Below the pieces are notes generated by a model, which did not search any database, was not told the DNA's origin, and was given only the letters and a program-made list of their open reading frames with translations. The position numbers were made by a program, and so were the translations under genes. 64,000 nucleotides of DNA from an uncultured candidate division Zixibacteria bacterium (GTDB taxonomy: Bacteria; Zixibacteria; MSB-5A5; UBA10806; 4484-95): positions 704,001-768,000 of the forward strand of contig CAXXKA010000006.1 of the NCBI GenBank assembly GCA_963668625.2, read 5' to 3'. Positions 21,370 to 31,088 of the stretch are shown one piece after another. The first letter of the stretch is position 1. Each line of letters begins with the position of its first letter.

Positions 21370-22296
21370 ATGGCAGAGGTTCAAAAGAAAAGAAAACAGA
21401 AACCTCCAATTGAGGAATCGTTATTAACCAGTGGGCATCGTGCTTGCGCCGGCTGTGGCGAATCGTTAGGCGCCAAGCTGGTCATGGATGCCGCCGGTAA
21501 AAATACAATGGTAGCAACATCCACCGGATGTCTCGAGGTGTTCTCGACTCCGTATCCCGAATCGGCCTGGAGAGTTCCGTGGGTACATTCGCTGTTCGAA
21601 AACTCATCTGCCGTAGCCGCCGGTATGGATGCCGGTTTGCGCGCGTTGGGCAGACGGGAAGACACCAACATCATTGCCCAGGGTGGTGATGGTGGTACCG
21701 CCGATATCGGAATCGGTTGCCTTTCGGGTATGCTCGAACGCAATCATCAGATATTGTATGTTTGTTACGATAACGAGGCATACATGAACACCGGTGTGCA
21801 GCGTTCCGGCCTGACCCCGTTCGATACACATACCACGACCTCACCGTCTGGTAAGGTATCGTTCGGTAATCAGCATGCCAAAAAGCCGCTTCTCGAGATT
21901 GTCGCGGCGCATAATATTCCGTATGCTTGCACGGCCACGGTTGGTTTCCCCAATGATGTTCAACTCAAGGTGAAAAAAGCTCTTAAAGAGGAAGGCGCTA
22001 CGTTCATACATCTGCACGTACCCTGTCCGCTTGGTTGGGCGTACAAGTCCGAGGAGACCATCGAGGTTGCCCGCCTGGCAGTCTGGACCGGCCTGTTCCC
22101 GATATTCGAAATGAAGTACGGTAAGGTCACCCGTGTGCGCAAGATCAAAGAGAACGAGCGTCGCCCGGTTGAGGACTACCTGAAAAAGCAGGGTAGATAC
22201 CGTCACTTGTTTGCCAGCGATGAGTCCAAGAAAGAGATCGAGAAGATCCAGGCCATCGCCGATGCTAACATCGAGAAATTCGGATTAATGGCGTAA
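21370..22296 (+). CDS. porB: Oxidoreductase beta subunit (TPP-binding)
   Basis: GHRACAGCG, TGCLEV, GGDGG, DNEAYMNTG, PCPLGW. Confidence 0.93.
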   Translation: MAEVQKKRKQKPPIEESLLTSGHRACAGCGESLGAKLVMDAAGKNTMVATSTGCLEVFSTPYPESAWRVPWVHSLFENSSAVAAGMDAGLRALGRREDTNIIAQGGDGGTADIGIGCLSGMLERNHQILYVCYDNEAYMNTGVQRSGLTPFDTHTTTSPSGKVSFGNQHAKKPLLEIVAAHNIPYACTATVGFPNDVQLKVKKALKEEGATFIHLHVPCPLGWAYKSEETIEVARLAVWTGLFPIFEMKYGKVTRVRKIKENERRPVEDYLKKQGRYRHLFASDESKKEIEKIQAIADANIEKFGLMA

Positions 22297-22352
22297 GTCA
22301 GCCGAGTAGGTCAAAACCCCTGTGGTTTTGACGTGATATAGAATATCCACGA

Positions 22353-22383
22353 GCCGTCGGGAATCCTTTCCCGACGGCTTTTT
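22353..22383 (+). terminator. Hairpin GCCGTCGGGA..TCCCGACGGC + T-tract; also a dispersed repeat (24709, 60655 and inside MITE C)
   Basis: Perfect 10-bp stem followed by TTTTT after porB. Confidence 0.7.
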
Positions 22384-22681
22384 ATATAGCTTATAATATC
22401 TAATTGCGGTAGCTAACCTCAACTACCGTGAGGCGGGTAAGATTAATAGTAATAGTATATATAATCCGACTATTTCCATGAAAATAATACTTGACACGAA
22501 AAGGCCATAATAATAATATCAAATAGCTAAACAGCATTATTAATTACCCATCACATTTATAATTACAGCGCAGACTTTATAAAACACCATCGTTTTGGTT
22601 GAACAGGTTTAACCGGAAATCAGGATATCAATTGTAGTGATTCGAGGTATTGAAATTTTTATTCTCATTGGGAGGTAAAAC

Positions 22682-23855
22682 ATGTTGATTCTAAAGAATA
22701 AGGGGAGATTTCTTGTTAAGCTTTTCGTTATGTTATCATTTATATTTTCTCCAGCGTACTCACAGGATTTTTCACTCGAAAATGGTTCTCCACAGGTACC
22801 GTTTCCAATTGCCGCCGCCGATATCATGGAGACCGGCGGGTCAACTCAAAGGTACTTTTTTTGGTCAATTGATCCAGCCTGGAGCGCGGTTGACAACATA
22901 GATGCTTTCAGTTATGGTACCGATCAATTAGATATTTTCCCGGTAAACGCGATATTTTCGGTTGATTGGGTAACAGCAGGTGTTGCGGGAGGAAGGGTGG
23001 ATACCGAGGTGACAGGTAATGGCGCTTTAGGCGATAAGTTTTATGTAAGGTTGTGTAGCAATCCACCTGTGCCAGCTAAGCTGCCCGCACTGTGGTATGA
23101 TGCCCCAACACATTCGCTGATGCCGGCGCCCACCGAGGATAACATCGATGGTTTGAGCACAATACGATCGAGTTCAACCTGATTTATACTTTTCTGTGGA
23201 TTTTACCGTAACCGGCCTTAATCCCGCCGAAATCTATTATCAATCGCCGGCCGGTTCCGGGCCATATATTTCTTTTGCGTCCCCCATGTCAATGGGGCTG
23301 GTATCAGGGGATGATATTGACGCTTTAGCAGTCTGGGACAACCCGGGCGCAGGAACAATAGGCATATTTGATCCCGGCATTGATATCATCTATATTTCGC
23401 TCACCTGCGGTTCACCAACCGCTGTAGGAATGGGTTGTGCCTCAATTATCGATGTCAGCCCGGGTTTCCCGATTCTGTTGTATAATGAGGCCGATTTCGA
23501 CTTGTTGCCTAATCTCGTGGATAACATCAACGGCATGGATTTTACGAAATTCTATTATTTGCCGGGGGATGCTAATATGACTGCCGGCGGCTGGCCCCCC
23601 GCGGTAATTGGCGCTGATGTCACTAACCTTGTTAGCTATTTCAGGGGTACAAGTCAACCATGCAATCTTTGCGGTTTTTATGCCAGCGCTGATGCCAATG
23701 GAGATTGTCAGGTAATTGGCTCGGATGTAACTTACCTTGTAGGCTATTTCCGAGGAATGACAAACCTGCGATATTGCCCCGATTATCCAACGGAATGGCC
23801 AACGCTAGGTGATCTCCCGGCTAACGCGCCGGTCGATTGGCCTTATTGCGACTAG
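22682..23855 (+). pseudogene. Secreted repeat protein with C-terminal dockerin-like domain, split by a frameshift near 23157-23180
   Basis: Signal peptide; NIDAFS/NIDGLS/DIDALA repeats continue across ORFs 22682-23182 and 23196-23855; second frame is open back to 23157; GDAN..VIGADVT repeats. Confidence 0.7.
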
Positions 23856-24173
23856 TGATCTCATGCGATTGCTGTAATATATCATGATGATATACTGCTG
23901 TTTGATTGAGCGGCAGGCTCAACTGAGCAAGGGACTGCCTCCGCCTGCCGCAATATATATCGTTATCTAAAACCGGTTAATTGATGATTTCAACCGCTTT
24001 TCAATTATGCTAAAATCAATACTATGGATATTTGCCGACTGGTATTCGTATTTTATTTATCAGGATGGCAGGAGTGACATCCTGACGCGCACCTCAACCA
24101 GTGGCCGGGCACATGAGCTATAAACCTATCCAACCCCGGTAATATCATAGTTATGGACTAATTATTATCCGTG

Positions 24174-24566
24174 TTATAAGCTGCTATCGGTTTCGGTGTA
24201 TGCCAATACCAGCGCGGTTATACGATAGCAGGAACTGAAAAAATCAGGCTCCTGAACCTCAACCAATCGGATGGCATCCGCGCCGACTTTATGTGCTTGA
24301 TCAATCGTGATTGCTATCATCTCACCATAATCGCAATTAACGGTCATACCGGACTCGCCCACATGGATTTTGCCGATTACCTCATATTCAATATCAATAT
24401 CATCCGATAATTCATAGACATGCACCAAGTAATCATCTGGCTTCGGCGAACGATTCTCGCCTAGAGCGGTGTATCTAATTGTTGCGGCACATCCCATGAT
24501 AAAAAATAATGTTAAAATAATTAATGATATCGTAATTAGTATCTTTCGCATACTCCTCCCATCCAA
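24174..24566 (-). CDS. Putative lipoprotein (YbjQ/RcsF-like small domain)
   Basis: Lipobox IMGC; YEVIGKI...AHKVGADAI. Confidence 0.6.
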   Translation of the reverse strand: MDGRSMRKILITISLIILTLFFIMGCAATIRYTALGENRSPKPDDYLVHVYELSDDIDIEYEVIGKIHVGESGMTVNCDYGEMIAITIDQAHKVGADAIRLVEVQEPDFFSSCYRITALVLAYTETDSSL

Positions 24567-24887
24567 TCATTATGATGCTTAAATTCGTTCAGCCTTTCTA
24601 TATCAATACAGGCTGTTGCCGTTAAATTATTTATTGATATAAAATATATAGAACGTTAGCCTGAATCAAGATAAATGCTGGTATTAGCAGCTACTATTAT
24701 TTTTTCAGAGCCGTCAGGAATCTTTTCCTGACGGCTTTTTGGATAGTAGCCAGTTTAATATGGGTACCCCACCTCATCTAGCGTGAGGTGGAAATGATGA
24801 ATTGTAAAAATATGCTTAATTGCTGTTATCAATCTATCCCACACCGGCAGTAACCGGGGTGAGGCATCAGGCAACCAAATAGTTCTA

Positions 24888-26036
24888 TTATTTCCCACTC
24901 TCAATCCAATTCTGAATCTTCCGAAAAACATCCCTCGGCGGATACTCATGCCCGCCGTCGTAATCTATGAAATCTACGTTGTATTCGTGTTCGGTCAGTA
25001 TCTTTCGAGCGGCAACGCCCTCCCGGTAGAAAATCGAGCGATCGTTTTTGCCGTGTACTATCATCACCCGTAAACCATTGCCCTCGGATATAGACTCATC
25101 ACCAATCCAAACAGGATTGAACGGCCCGGCAATGGGGATGATGCCTTTGAAAATTTCGTGATGCTTTATGCCCGTGATATATGTAGTTGCCCCGCCCTGC
25201 GAATGCCCCATCAAGTAGATATCGCCTATGTTATAGTATTTCTTGAGGGAATTTATCAGGTTGATAATATACTCCTCGGTGATATTGAAATCGCGTCCGG
25301 GGAATTCAATATCGCCGGGTATCCACAGATTCCAACTATAGGCGATACGATTACCTAATTGAAAGTGATAAGGCGCGAACGGTGCCGCGAATATGAATCC
25401 CGGATCGTCGAATTTCGAGTAATTCTCCACGAACCTGTTAGCATCATCACTGTAACCGTGGAGCCCGACCACCAGGGGATAGGTTTTTGTTCGGTCGTAG
25501 TTGTTCGGCAGATGAAGCCGGCACTGGAAAATAGCGCAGGCATCGAAAAACAATGTTCGACCCTGTGTCTCCGAATCGAGACTCGTTAGCCGGGGGATAC
25601 TATCGAGCACAGCTTTGAATTCCGGATTGCTCCTGACATTGTTAAAATCGGCGTCGTTTTTAGCCAACTCGGTATTTTGGAAGCCGCTGGTCAGGGCCAG
25701 CCTGAGATATTTCGTTGCCAGCTCCGGTTGATTCATCAAGCCATAGCAGCAGGCGAGATTATAGATAGAGATATTATCACCGGGATTGAATTGCAGGGCG
25801 TAAAGATACTGCGCTGCGGCCCTGCGATAGTCGCCTTCGTTGTAAAAGCTCTGCGCCTGCCGGACTAACTCGCGCTGATCCTGAAACAGAAAATCCCCGG
25901 CGGCGGGATCGAGAGGATCGATAGATTCGGGATTACTCATGGCTTTTGGTTTTTCCTGGGTCTGTCCCAAAAGTACTCTGGCGGAAGCTATTAATATTAT
26001 TATTACTAACGAAAAGAGCAATATCTTTTGAATCAT
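24888..26036 (-). CDS. Secreted TPR + alpha/beta-hydrolase (esterase/phospholipase-like)
   Basis: YNLACCY TPR; LHG, GHSQGG nucleophile, HGKND, GGHE. Confidence 0.85.
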   Translation of the reverse strand: MIQKILLFSLVIIILIASARVLLGQTQEKPKAMSNPESIDPLDPAAGDFLFQDQRELVRQAQSFYNEGDYRRAAAQYLYALQFNPGDNISIYNLACCYGLMNQPELATKYLRLALTSGFQNTELAKNDADFNNVRSNPEFKAVLDSIPRLTSLDSETQGRTLFFDACAIFQCRLHLPNNYDRTKTYPLVVGLHGYSDDANRFVENYSKFDDPGFIFAAPFAPYHFQLGNRIAYSWNLWIPGDIEFPGRDFNITEEYIINLINSLKKYYNIGDIYLMGHSQGGATTYITGIKHHEIFKGIIPIAGPFNPVWIGDESISEGNGLRVMIVHGKNDRSIFYREGVAARKILTEHEYNVDFIDYDGGHEYPPRDVFRKIQNWIESGK

Positions 26037-26151
26037 TTTATCCTCCTACGGTTATTATAGATACAGTCGAGTGATGATTATATTTCATTCCGATTGTTTT
26101 GTAAAATAAATTAAACTTGATCGTTAAACCGCGATAGGGTAGAATTAAATC

Positions 26152-26707
26152 ATGGAAACGGCTTTAGCCATATTTTCGGGGGTCGCGCTGGCCGCCGCTT
26201 GTGGGTTCAGGGTGTTCGTGCCGCTTTTAGTTATGGGACTGGCCTCGAAAGCCGGGCTTGCAAGTTTTAGCGAAGGATTCGTCTGGATAGGCTCCACGGC
26301 CGCGTTGATAGCGTTCGCATTGGCTACGGTTTTGGAGATACTGGCTTATTTCATCCCCTGGTTCGACAACCTGATGGACACTATTGCCACACCGCTTTCG
26401 GTTATTGCCGGCGCAGTGGTTATGGCCTCGTTCGTTTTCGGATTTGGACCCGTTGTTCAAATGGACTATGATACTGGTTGCAGGCGGGGGAGTGGCCGGT
26501 TTCGTGCAGGGATCGACAGCCACGGCCAGAGCTGTCTCGACCGGCGCTACCGGTGGATTGGCCAACCCGCTGTTATCGGCAGGAGAGCTTGGCGGCTCTG
26601 TGATTCTGGCGCTTTCCGGATTGCTGATACCGGTCATCGGAGTAATCCTTGTTTTGTTGATATTGATATATACCGCCTACAATCTGATCCGGCGCAAACT
26701 TGCCTGA
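26152..26707 (+). pseudogene. DUF4126-family membrane protein with one extra T in the run at 26435-26438
   Basis: LAAACGFRVFVP...YFIPWFDNLMD in one frame; TGGLANPLLS..E C-terminus in the next frame. Confidence 0.75.
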
Positions 26708-26897
26708 ATAGACTATGCCTAACCTTAAATAATTAATTGACAAATAAATATTAGGGCTATCTATCGAACACATATTAAGTTACGTAAATCTCTAATGTTG
26801 AATTAAGATGAATTAATACGATTATTCTTGTTATTTAGTTGAAGTTGGTTATTTTATGGTATCACTACAACATAATTAATTACTGCAACAGGAGGTA

Positions 26898-28361
26898 ATG
26901 ATGCGAACGAGGAATGTGACCATTTCACATGTAATACTATCGGCTGTGCTGATAATATTGATTAGCAACTCGGTATTTGCTCAATGGGGGGATTTTAACG
27001 TAGATCAGATTACCGACGATGGTGAGCGAAAGAACAGTGGACCGCAAGCATTAGCCCTTGATTCTAATGGTAATCCTCATATCGCTTGGATTGAGGCAGA
27101 TATAGATGCCGGAAACACTGTCCTGTACAATAGTATGAATTCTGACGGCAATTGGGGATATGTGAAAACACTTGCCGATACTACTCTTAATCCATCAATC
27201 CCTGCCATAGCTGTTTCGCCTTTTAATGATAGAGCTTATGCCGTTTATGCCGCCAATAATGATATCTATATCTCTTATTTGAATGGTATGATGTGGGGGC
27301 GTGAGCAGGTATCACTGACCTATGACGAAAACAGCTCGCCTACTATAGCCGTTGATGATTCTGGTTATATTCATATAGCATGGATTATTAAGTATAGCGA
27401 TCAGGACGAATATCATATTGCTTATGCCTATGGAAATATAGGTAACTGGGTTGAAATGTTACTTGAGGATAGTGAACTGGGTAGATATGGAGCTGGAGCA
27501 ACTCCAAATATTGATGTAGACTCTGATAGAATGCCTCACATCGCATATCGTGGTATGGTAAATGGTAATTATAGCATATATCACGCTTGGCCAGGCGAAC
27601 TTGGGTGGCAGTACGAGAAAGTTCCCAGTACCAATTCTAATGATCTTGCTGGAAAGGTGGCAATTGATTCGGAGGACGGGCTTCATTTTGCCATGAGTGG
27701 GAGTGTAAATGTGGATGAACCAACCAAATGTGCGTATAATTATAAATTCCCCGATGGTACCTGGGGAGGTCCAGAAGCCATTGGCGAGACATTGGCTTTA
27801 GTCAATCCATCACTGGCGCTGGATGCTTATAATAGACCTCATATTTGTATTATGGGAGAGGATTTCGACATGATAACCGGCATTATCTATTATGCTTACA
27901 AAGATAATTCCGGGTTCTGGCAATGTGATTCTCTATTTGGTGATGATTTTTATTATCCTTGCCTGAAGATTGACGATTATAACACCGGTAAAATGTTTTG
28001 CCGTTCGGGATGTAATACCGGCGTGCGCGATTTATACTATCTGACCGGTGATGTAACAACCTCTATTGACGATGACAACAATGATCAGATTATCCCACGC
28101 TCTTTTGAGCTTGGTCAGAATTACCCCAATCCTTTTAATGCTCAAACCATCATTAGTTTCAGCCTTTCAAGTCCGGGGCCGGTTCAGTTGGATGTTTATG
28201 ATGTCCTCGGTAAAAAGGTAGAGTGTTTGTGTAATGGTCATAAGAGCGCCGGAAAACACGAAATCAAGTGGGATTCATCGGACTATTCCTCAGGTGTTTA
28301 TTTCTATAAGCTTAGTTATGATGGTATAACTGTTAATAAAAAGGCAATGCTGTTGAAATAG
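26898..28361 (+). CDS. Secreted beta-propeller-like protein with T9SS/FlgD-Ig-like C-terminal domain
   Basis: Signal peptide; repeated (I/L)xxDxxGxxHI blades; LGQNYPNPFNAQT...SSGVYFY...KKAMLLK. Confidence 0.8.
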   Translation: MMRTRNVTISHVILSAVLIILISNSVFAQWGDFNVDQITDDGERKNSGPQALALDSNGNPHIAWIEADIDAGNTVLYNSMNSDGNWGYVKTLADTTLNPSIPAIAVSPFNDRAYAVYAANNDIYISYLNGMMWGREQVSLTYDENSSPTIAVDDSGYIHIAWIIKYSDQDEYHIAYAYGNIGNWVEMLLEDSELGRYGAGATPNIDVDSDRMPHIAYRGMVNGNYSIYHAWPGELGWQYEKVPSTNSNDLAGKVAIDSEDGLHFAMSGSVNVDEPTKCAYNYKFPDGTWGGPEAIGETLALVNPSLALDAYNRPHICIMGEDFDMITGIIYYAYKDNSGFWQCDSLFGDDFYYPCLKIDDYNTGKMFCRSGCNTGVRDLYYLTGDVTTSIDDDNNDQIIPRSFELGQNYPNPFNAQTIISFSLSSPGPVQLDVYDVLGKKVECLCNGHKSAGKHEIKWDSSDYSSGVYFYKLSYDGITVNKKAMLLK

Positions 28362-28387
28362 TACGTTATTGTTTTTAAATACATTTC

Positions 28388-28422
28388 AGGCTGTTGACAA
28401 ATAATGTCGACAGCCTTTTTTT
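28388..28422 (+). terminator. Rho-independent terminator
   Basis: AGGCTGTTGACA..TGTCGACAGCCT + T-run. Confidence 0.8.
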
Positions 28423-28571
28423 GAATTCATTTCAATTACATTGTAAAGTTTCAAAAACTCCCATTTGTTTTCACTTCGTATTATTACGATAAAGTAATCC
28501 AACGGTTATAAAAGTTTCGGATTTATGATTCGCTCTACCGGTTCATGTAATCGTGACTAGTTCAGGTATTC

Positions 28572-29102
28572 TTAACCCTCTACGTGCCATTTCTCCTGGC
28601 GATGGAACCACTCATCGGGATTTTCCAGAAATGCCATCGAATCGTCAATCATCTCGAAATGACGAACTTCCTCATCGACCAAAAATTCGAACAGCAATTT
28701 CACGTTTTCGTCCTCGGCTTTTTGAGCGGCCTCGCGGTAGAATTTTTCGCCATTTTTCTCGAAATCACGGGCGAAACCGTATGCCTCGATATCGGGTTTA
28801 TCGGTGGGGACTTTTTCGCTTAAACCTTTAAACAGGTTATATATGGCTTTTTTCGCGATTTCCGGTGTGTTGCCTCCGATTATCTCGTGATAATTCGATT
28901 TGGTTCCGGCAATTACGTTATCGTAGAAAGTCTTTATAGCATCGATATGCTTGGATTCCTCGTTGGCTAAAAATTCGAATACCTCTTTGGTCATTTTATC
29001 GGTGGTTTTCTCGGCTGTTTTCAAGTAGAACGTGCGTCCTTCCTGTTCCATCTCAATAGCCATGGAAAGGGCTTCTTTTTCGTTTTTAAAATTAGCTTTC
29101 AT
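28572..29102 (-). CDS. Ferritin-like/rubrerythrin-family di-iron protein
   Basis: Two E..G..FY / EE..H repeats: EQEGRTFY, EESKH, EKNGEKFY, EEVRH. Confidence 0.85.
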   Translation of the reverse strand: MKANFKNEKEALSMAIEMEQEGRTFYLKTAEKTTDKMTKEVFEFLANEESKHIDAIKTFYDNVIAGTKSNYHEIIGGNTPEIAKKAIYNLFKGLSEKVPTDKPDIEAYGFARDFEKNGEKFYREAAQKAEDENVKLLFEFLVDEEVRHFEMIDDSMAFLENPDEWFHRQEKWHVEG

Positions 29103-29189
29103 TTATCCTCCGGAAATTGATGGTGTTATATTTGTATTTTAAAACGGCTAAGCTCATATTCGAGTTCCTGAGTTGTATATCATTCGATT

Positions 29190-29214
29190 AAAAAAGCCCG
29201 ACAAGCGCCGGGCT
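29190..29214 (-). terminator. Terminator after flagellin
   Basis: AGCCCGGC..GTCGGGCT + T-run on minus strand. Confidence 0.7.
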
Positions 29215-29293
29215 AGAGGTAAAATGTTAATTTAGATAAAACTCGATTCTACTGCAGCGTCACGATCTTGCGATTTCACTTCATTAAAACTGG

Positions 29294-30055
29294 CTATTCC
29301 TGAAGGAAACTCATCACCAGGTTCGGCGCCTGGTTTTGATGTGCCAGCATAGCCATACCGGCTTTAAGTTGTATCTCGTTCTTTACGAATTCGACATACT
29401 CTTTAGCCATGTCAGTATCACGTACCGAGGATTCCGAGGCTGTGAGGTTCACCAGTTCGGTTTGAAGGTTACTTCGTTGCGAGGATATCTCGTTTTTTTG
29501 AGCCGCACCGATTTCGCCTCTTTCCTCGCTCAAATCAGCGATTTTCTGATCGATAACCTCCACCGCCTGTTTAGCGCTTTCAGCCGTGGAAACATCGATA
29601 TTTTCCATGTTCTGCAAATCCGCCACTGCACCGGATGACCCGTCAAACAAGTTCTGAGAGCCGTAGGACGCGTTCTGAACGGTTTGATTGTACGAACGCA
29701 CCGAATTGTCCATACTGGCTTGATAGGCCTTCTGTGCCTCCTCGGAATTGCCACCCTCATTAGCCGCCGATAGAGCGACATCACGCATAGCCAGCAGGTC
29801 TTCCTGCATGGTTGACATATTGCCCTCGGCAGTATTGAGTTTAGCGTCACGGGCATCCAAATTTTTAATCTCCTGCTCGATTGCCCCGATCTGGGCGCGC
29901 ATCTGCTCGGAAATTATCAATCCAGCCGGATTATCGGATGCCTTGTTGATCTTTTGACCGGATGAAAGTTTCTCCATTGACTTCTTCATCTGGTCCTGGT
30001 TGTTTTGCAGGGCACGAAGGGTATTTAGTGCCCCTGCATTGGAGTTAATACGCAT
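29294..30055 (-). CDS. Short flagellin (D0/D1 only)
   Basis: MRINSN...EKLSSGQKINKASDNPAGL; RGEIGA...NLTASESSVRDTDMAKE. Confidence 0.9.
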   Translation of the reverse strand: MRINSNAGALNTLRALQNNQDQMKKSMEKLSSGQKINKASDNPAGLIISEQMRAQIGAIEQEIKNLDARDAKLNTAEGNMSTMQEDLLAMRDVALSAANEGGNSEEAQKAYQASMDNSVRSYNQTVQNASYGSQNLFDGSSGAVADLQNMENIDVSTAESAKQAVEVIDQKIADLSEERGEIGAAQKNEISSQRSNLQTELVNLTASESSVRDTDMAKEYVEFVKNEIQLKAGMAMLAHQNQAPNLVMSFLQE

Positions 30056-30102
30056 GTGCCCACCTCCTTGTGAAAGTTAATATTTATGTTTAACTATATT
30101 AT

Positions 30103-30118
30103 TGCAAAATTAATGCCT
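30103..30118 (-). promoter_or_regulatory. Putative sigma54 -24/-12 promoter
   Basis: Minus strand AGGCATTAATTTTGCA (GG-N10-GC) ~50 bp upstream of the flagellin ATG. Confidence 0.6.
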
Positions 30119-30378
30119 GTATTATCATCTTTACATATTTTTGCAACCTATTAATATACAATAGATTATATTTTTAGCCTCCCTCAATTTTGTTAATGCA
30201 TGGGGTAAATAATAGGATCTACCCCATACATTATACTTATACCGCAATAATTCCGATTACTACTTGGTCACACAAATATCGATAGGCAGCCTAGCAGATG
30301 CAAGTTAATTATTCATGCAGGCGAATAAATATAGTTTCAATACATTGACAATAGTGTCAATAGAGATGGCTGGTAATA

Positions 30379-30822
30379 TTAGAACAATTCCTCGTACTTG
30401 TTTAACATAGTCATGATATCGTTGGAACAGGAGAATGTCGTTAGTATATCCTTTTGCGTGAAGTGGGCTATTTGATTCAGTGAGTCAAAATCGAGTGGAT
30501 CATCGGTGGCTACAGCCAGGACGTTGCCATTGACGAACACCGGTATAGTAAGATGCTTCCTGGCAATTTCCCGTGGAATAAGCGCTTTGACCTTTGGGTT
30601 AATGCCTATACCATGAAGGGAGATAGCCGGTAAGTTAAGCGTGCGAGAAAATAGTCTTTCGAGTTGTTTTTCGTTGATATATCCACGGGTTACTAATATG
30701 TCTTTAATACGTTTGCCGGTTTCCTTACATTCATTAATTGCATGTTCACATTGGTCTGCCGTAATTTTGCCGGTTTTTACCAGCGCATGACCAAGATTGA
30801 TTTTAATTTTACCAGTTACCAT
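30379..30822 (-). CDS. Stand-alone MshEN/GspE N-terminal domain protein
   Basis: NLGHALVKTGKITADQ...RIKDILVTRGYINEKQL; IPREIARKH, VATDDPLD; no ATPase domain. Confidence 0.8.
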   Translation of the reverse strand: MVTGKIKINLGHALVKTGKITADQCEHAINECKETGKRIKDILVTRGYINEKQLERLFSRTLNLPAISLHGIGINPKVKALIPREIARKHLTIPVFVNGNVLAVATDDPLDFDSLNQIAHFTQKDILTTFSCSNDIMTMLNKYEELF

Positions 30823-31088
30823 ATTATATTCCTCACTTATAGCGGTTGTGTATTCTATATTTCGGAAAAATACGGAAGGCGATTAGTTATAAAGATAAGT
30901 TAGGCAAATGATTATATTTCATCTTCCAGATTGAAACGTAGGCTGTGTCAGAAATGTGTTAAGTTATTTCAATATATATTGTTGACATGAGATAGTTTTC
31001 ATAATATTTTATTCCTGTTGACTGCAATCGTGTTGATCCGATAAAAAATTTTATTCGAAGATTAATCCGTAATCGAAACAAACAAGGA

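Noticed and set aside
23180-23182. TGA as selenocysteine readthrough
   Set aside because: The downstream coding region is in a different frame and the same frame hits TAA soon after; a frameshift explains it
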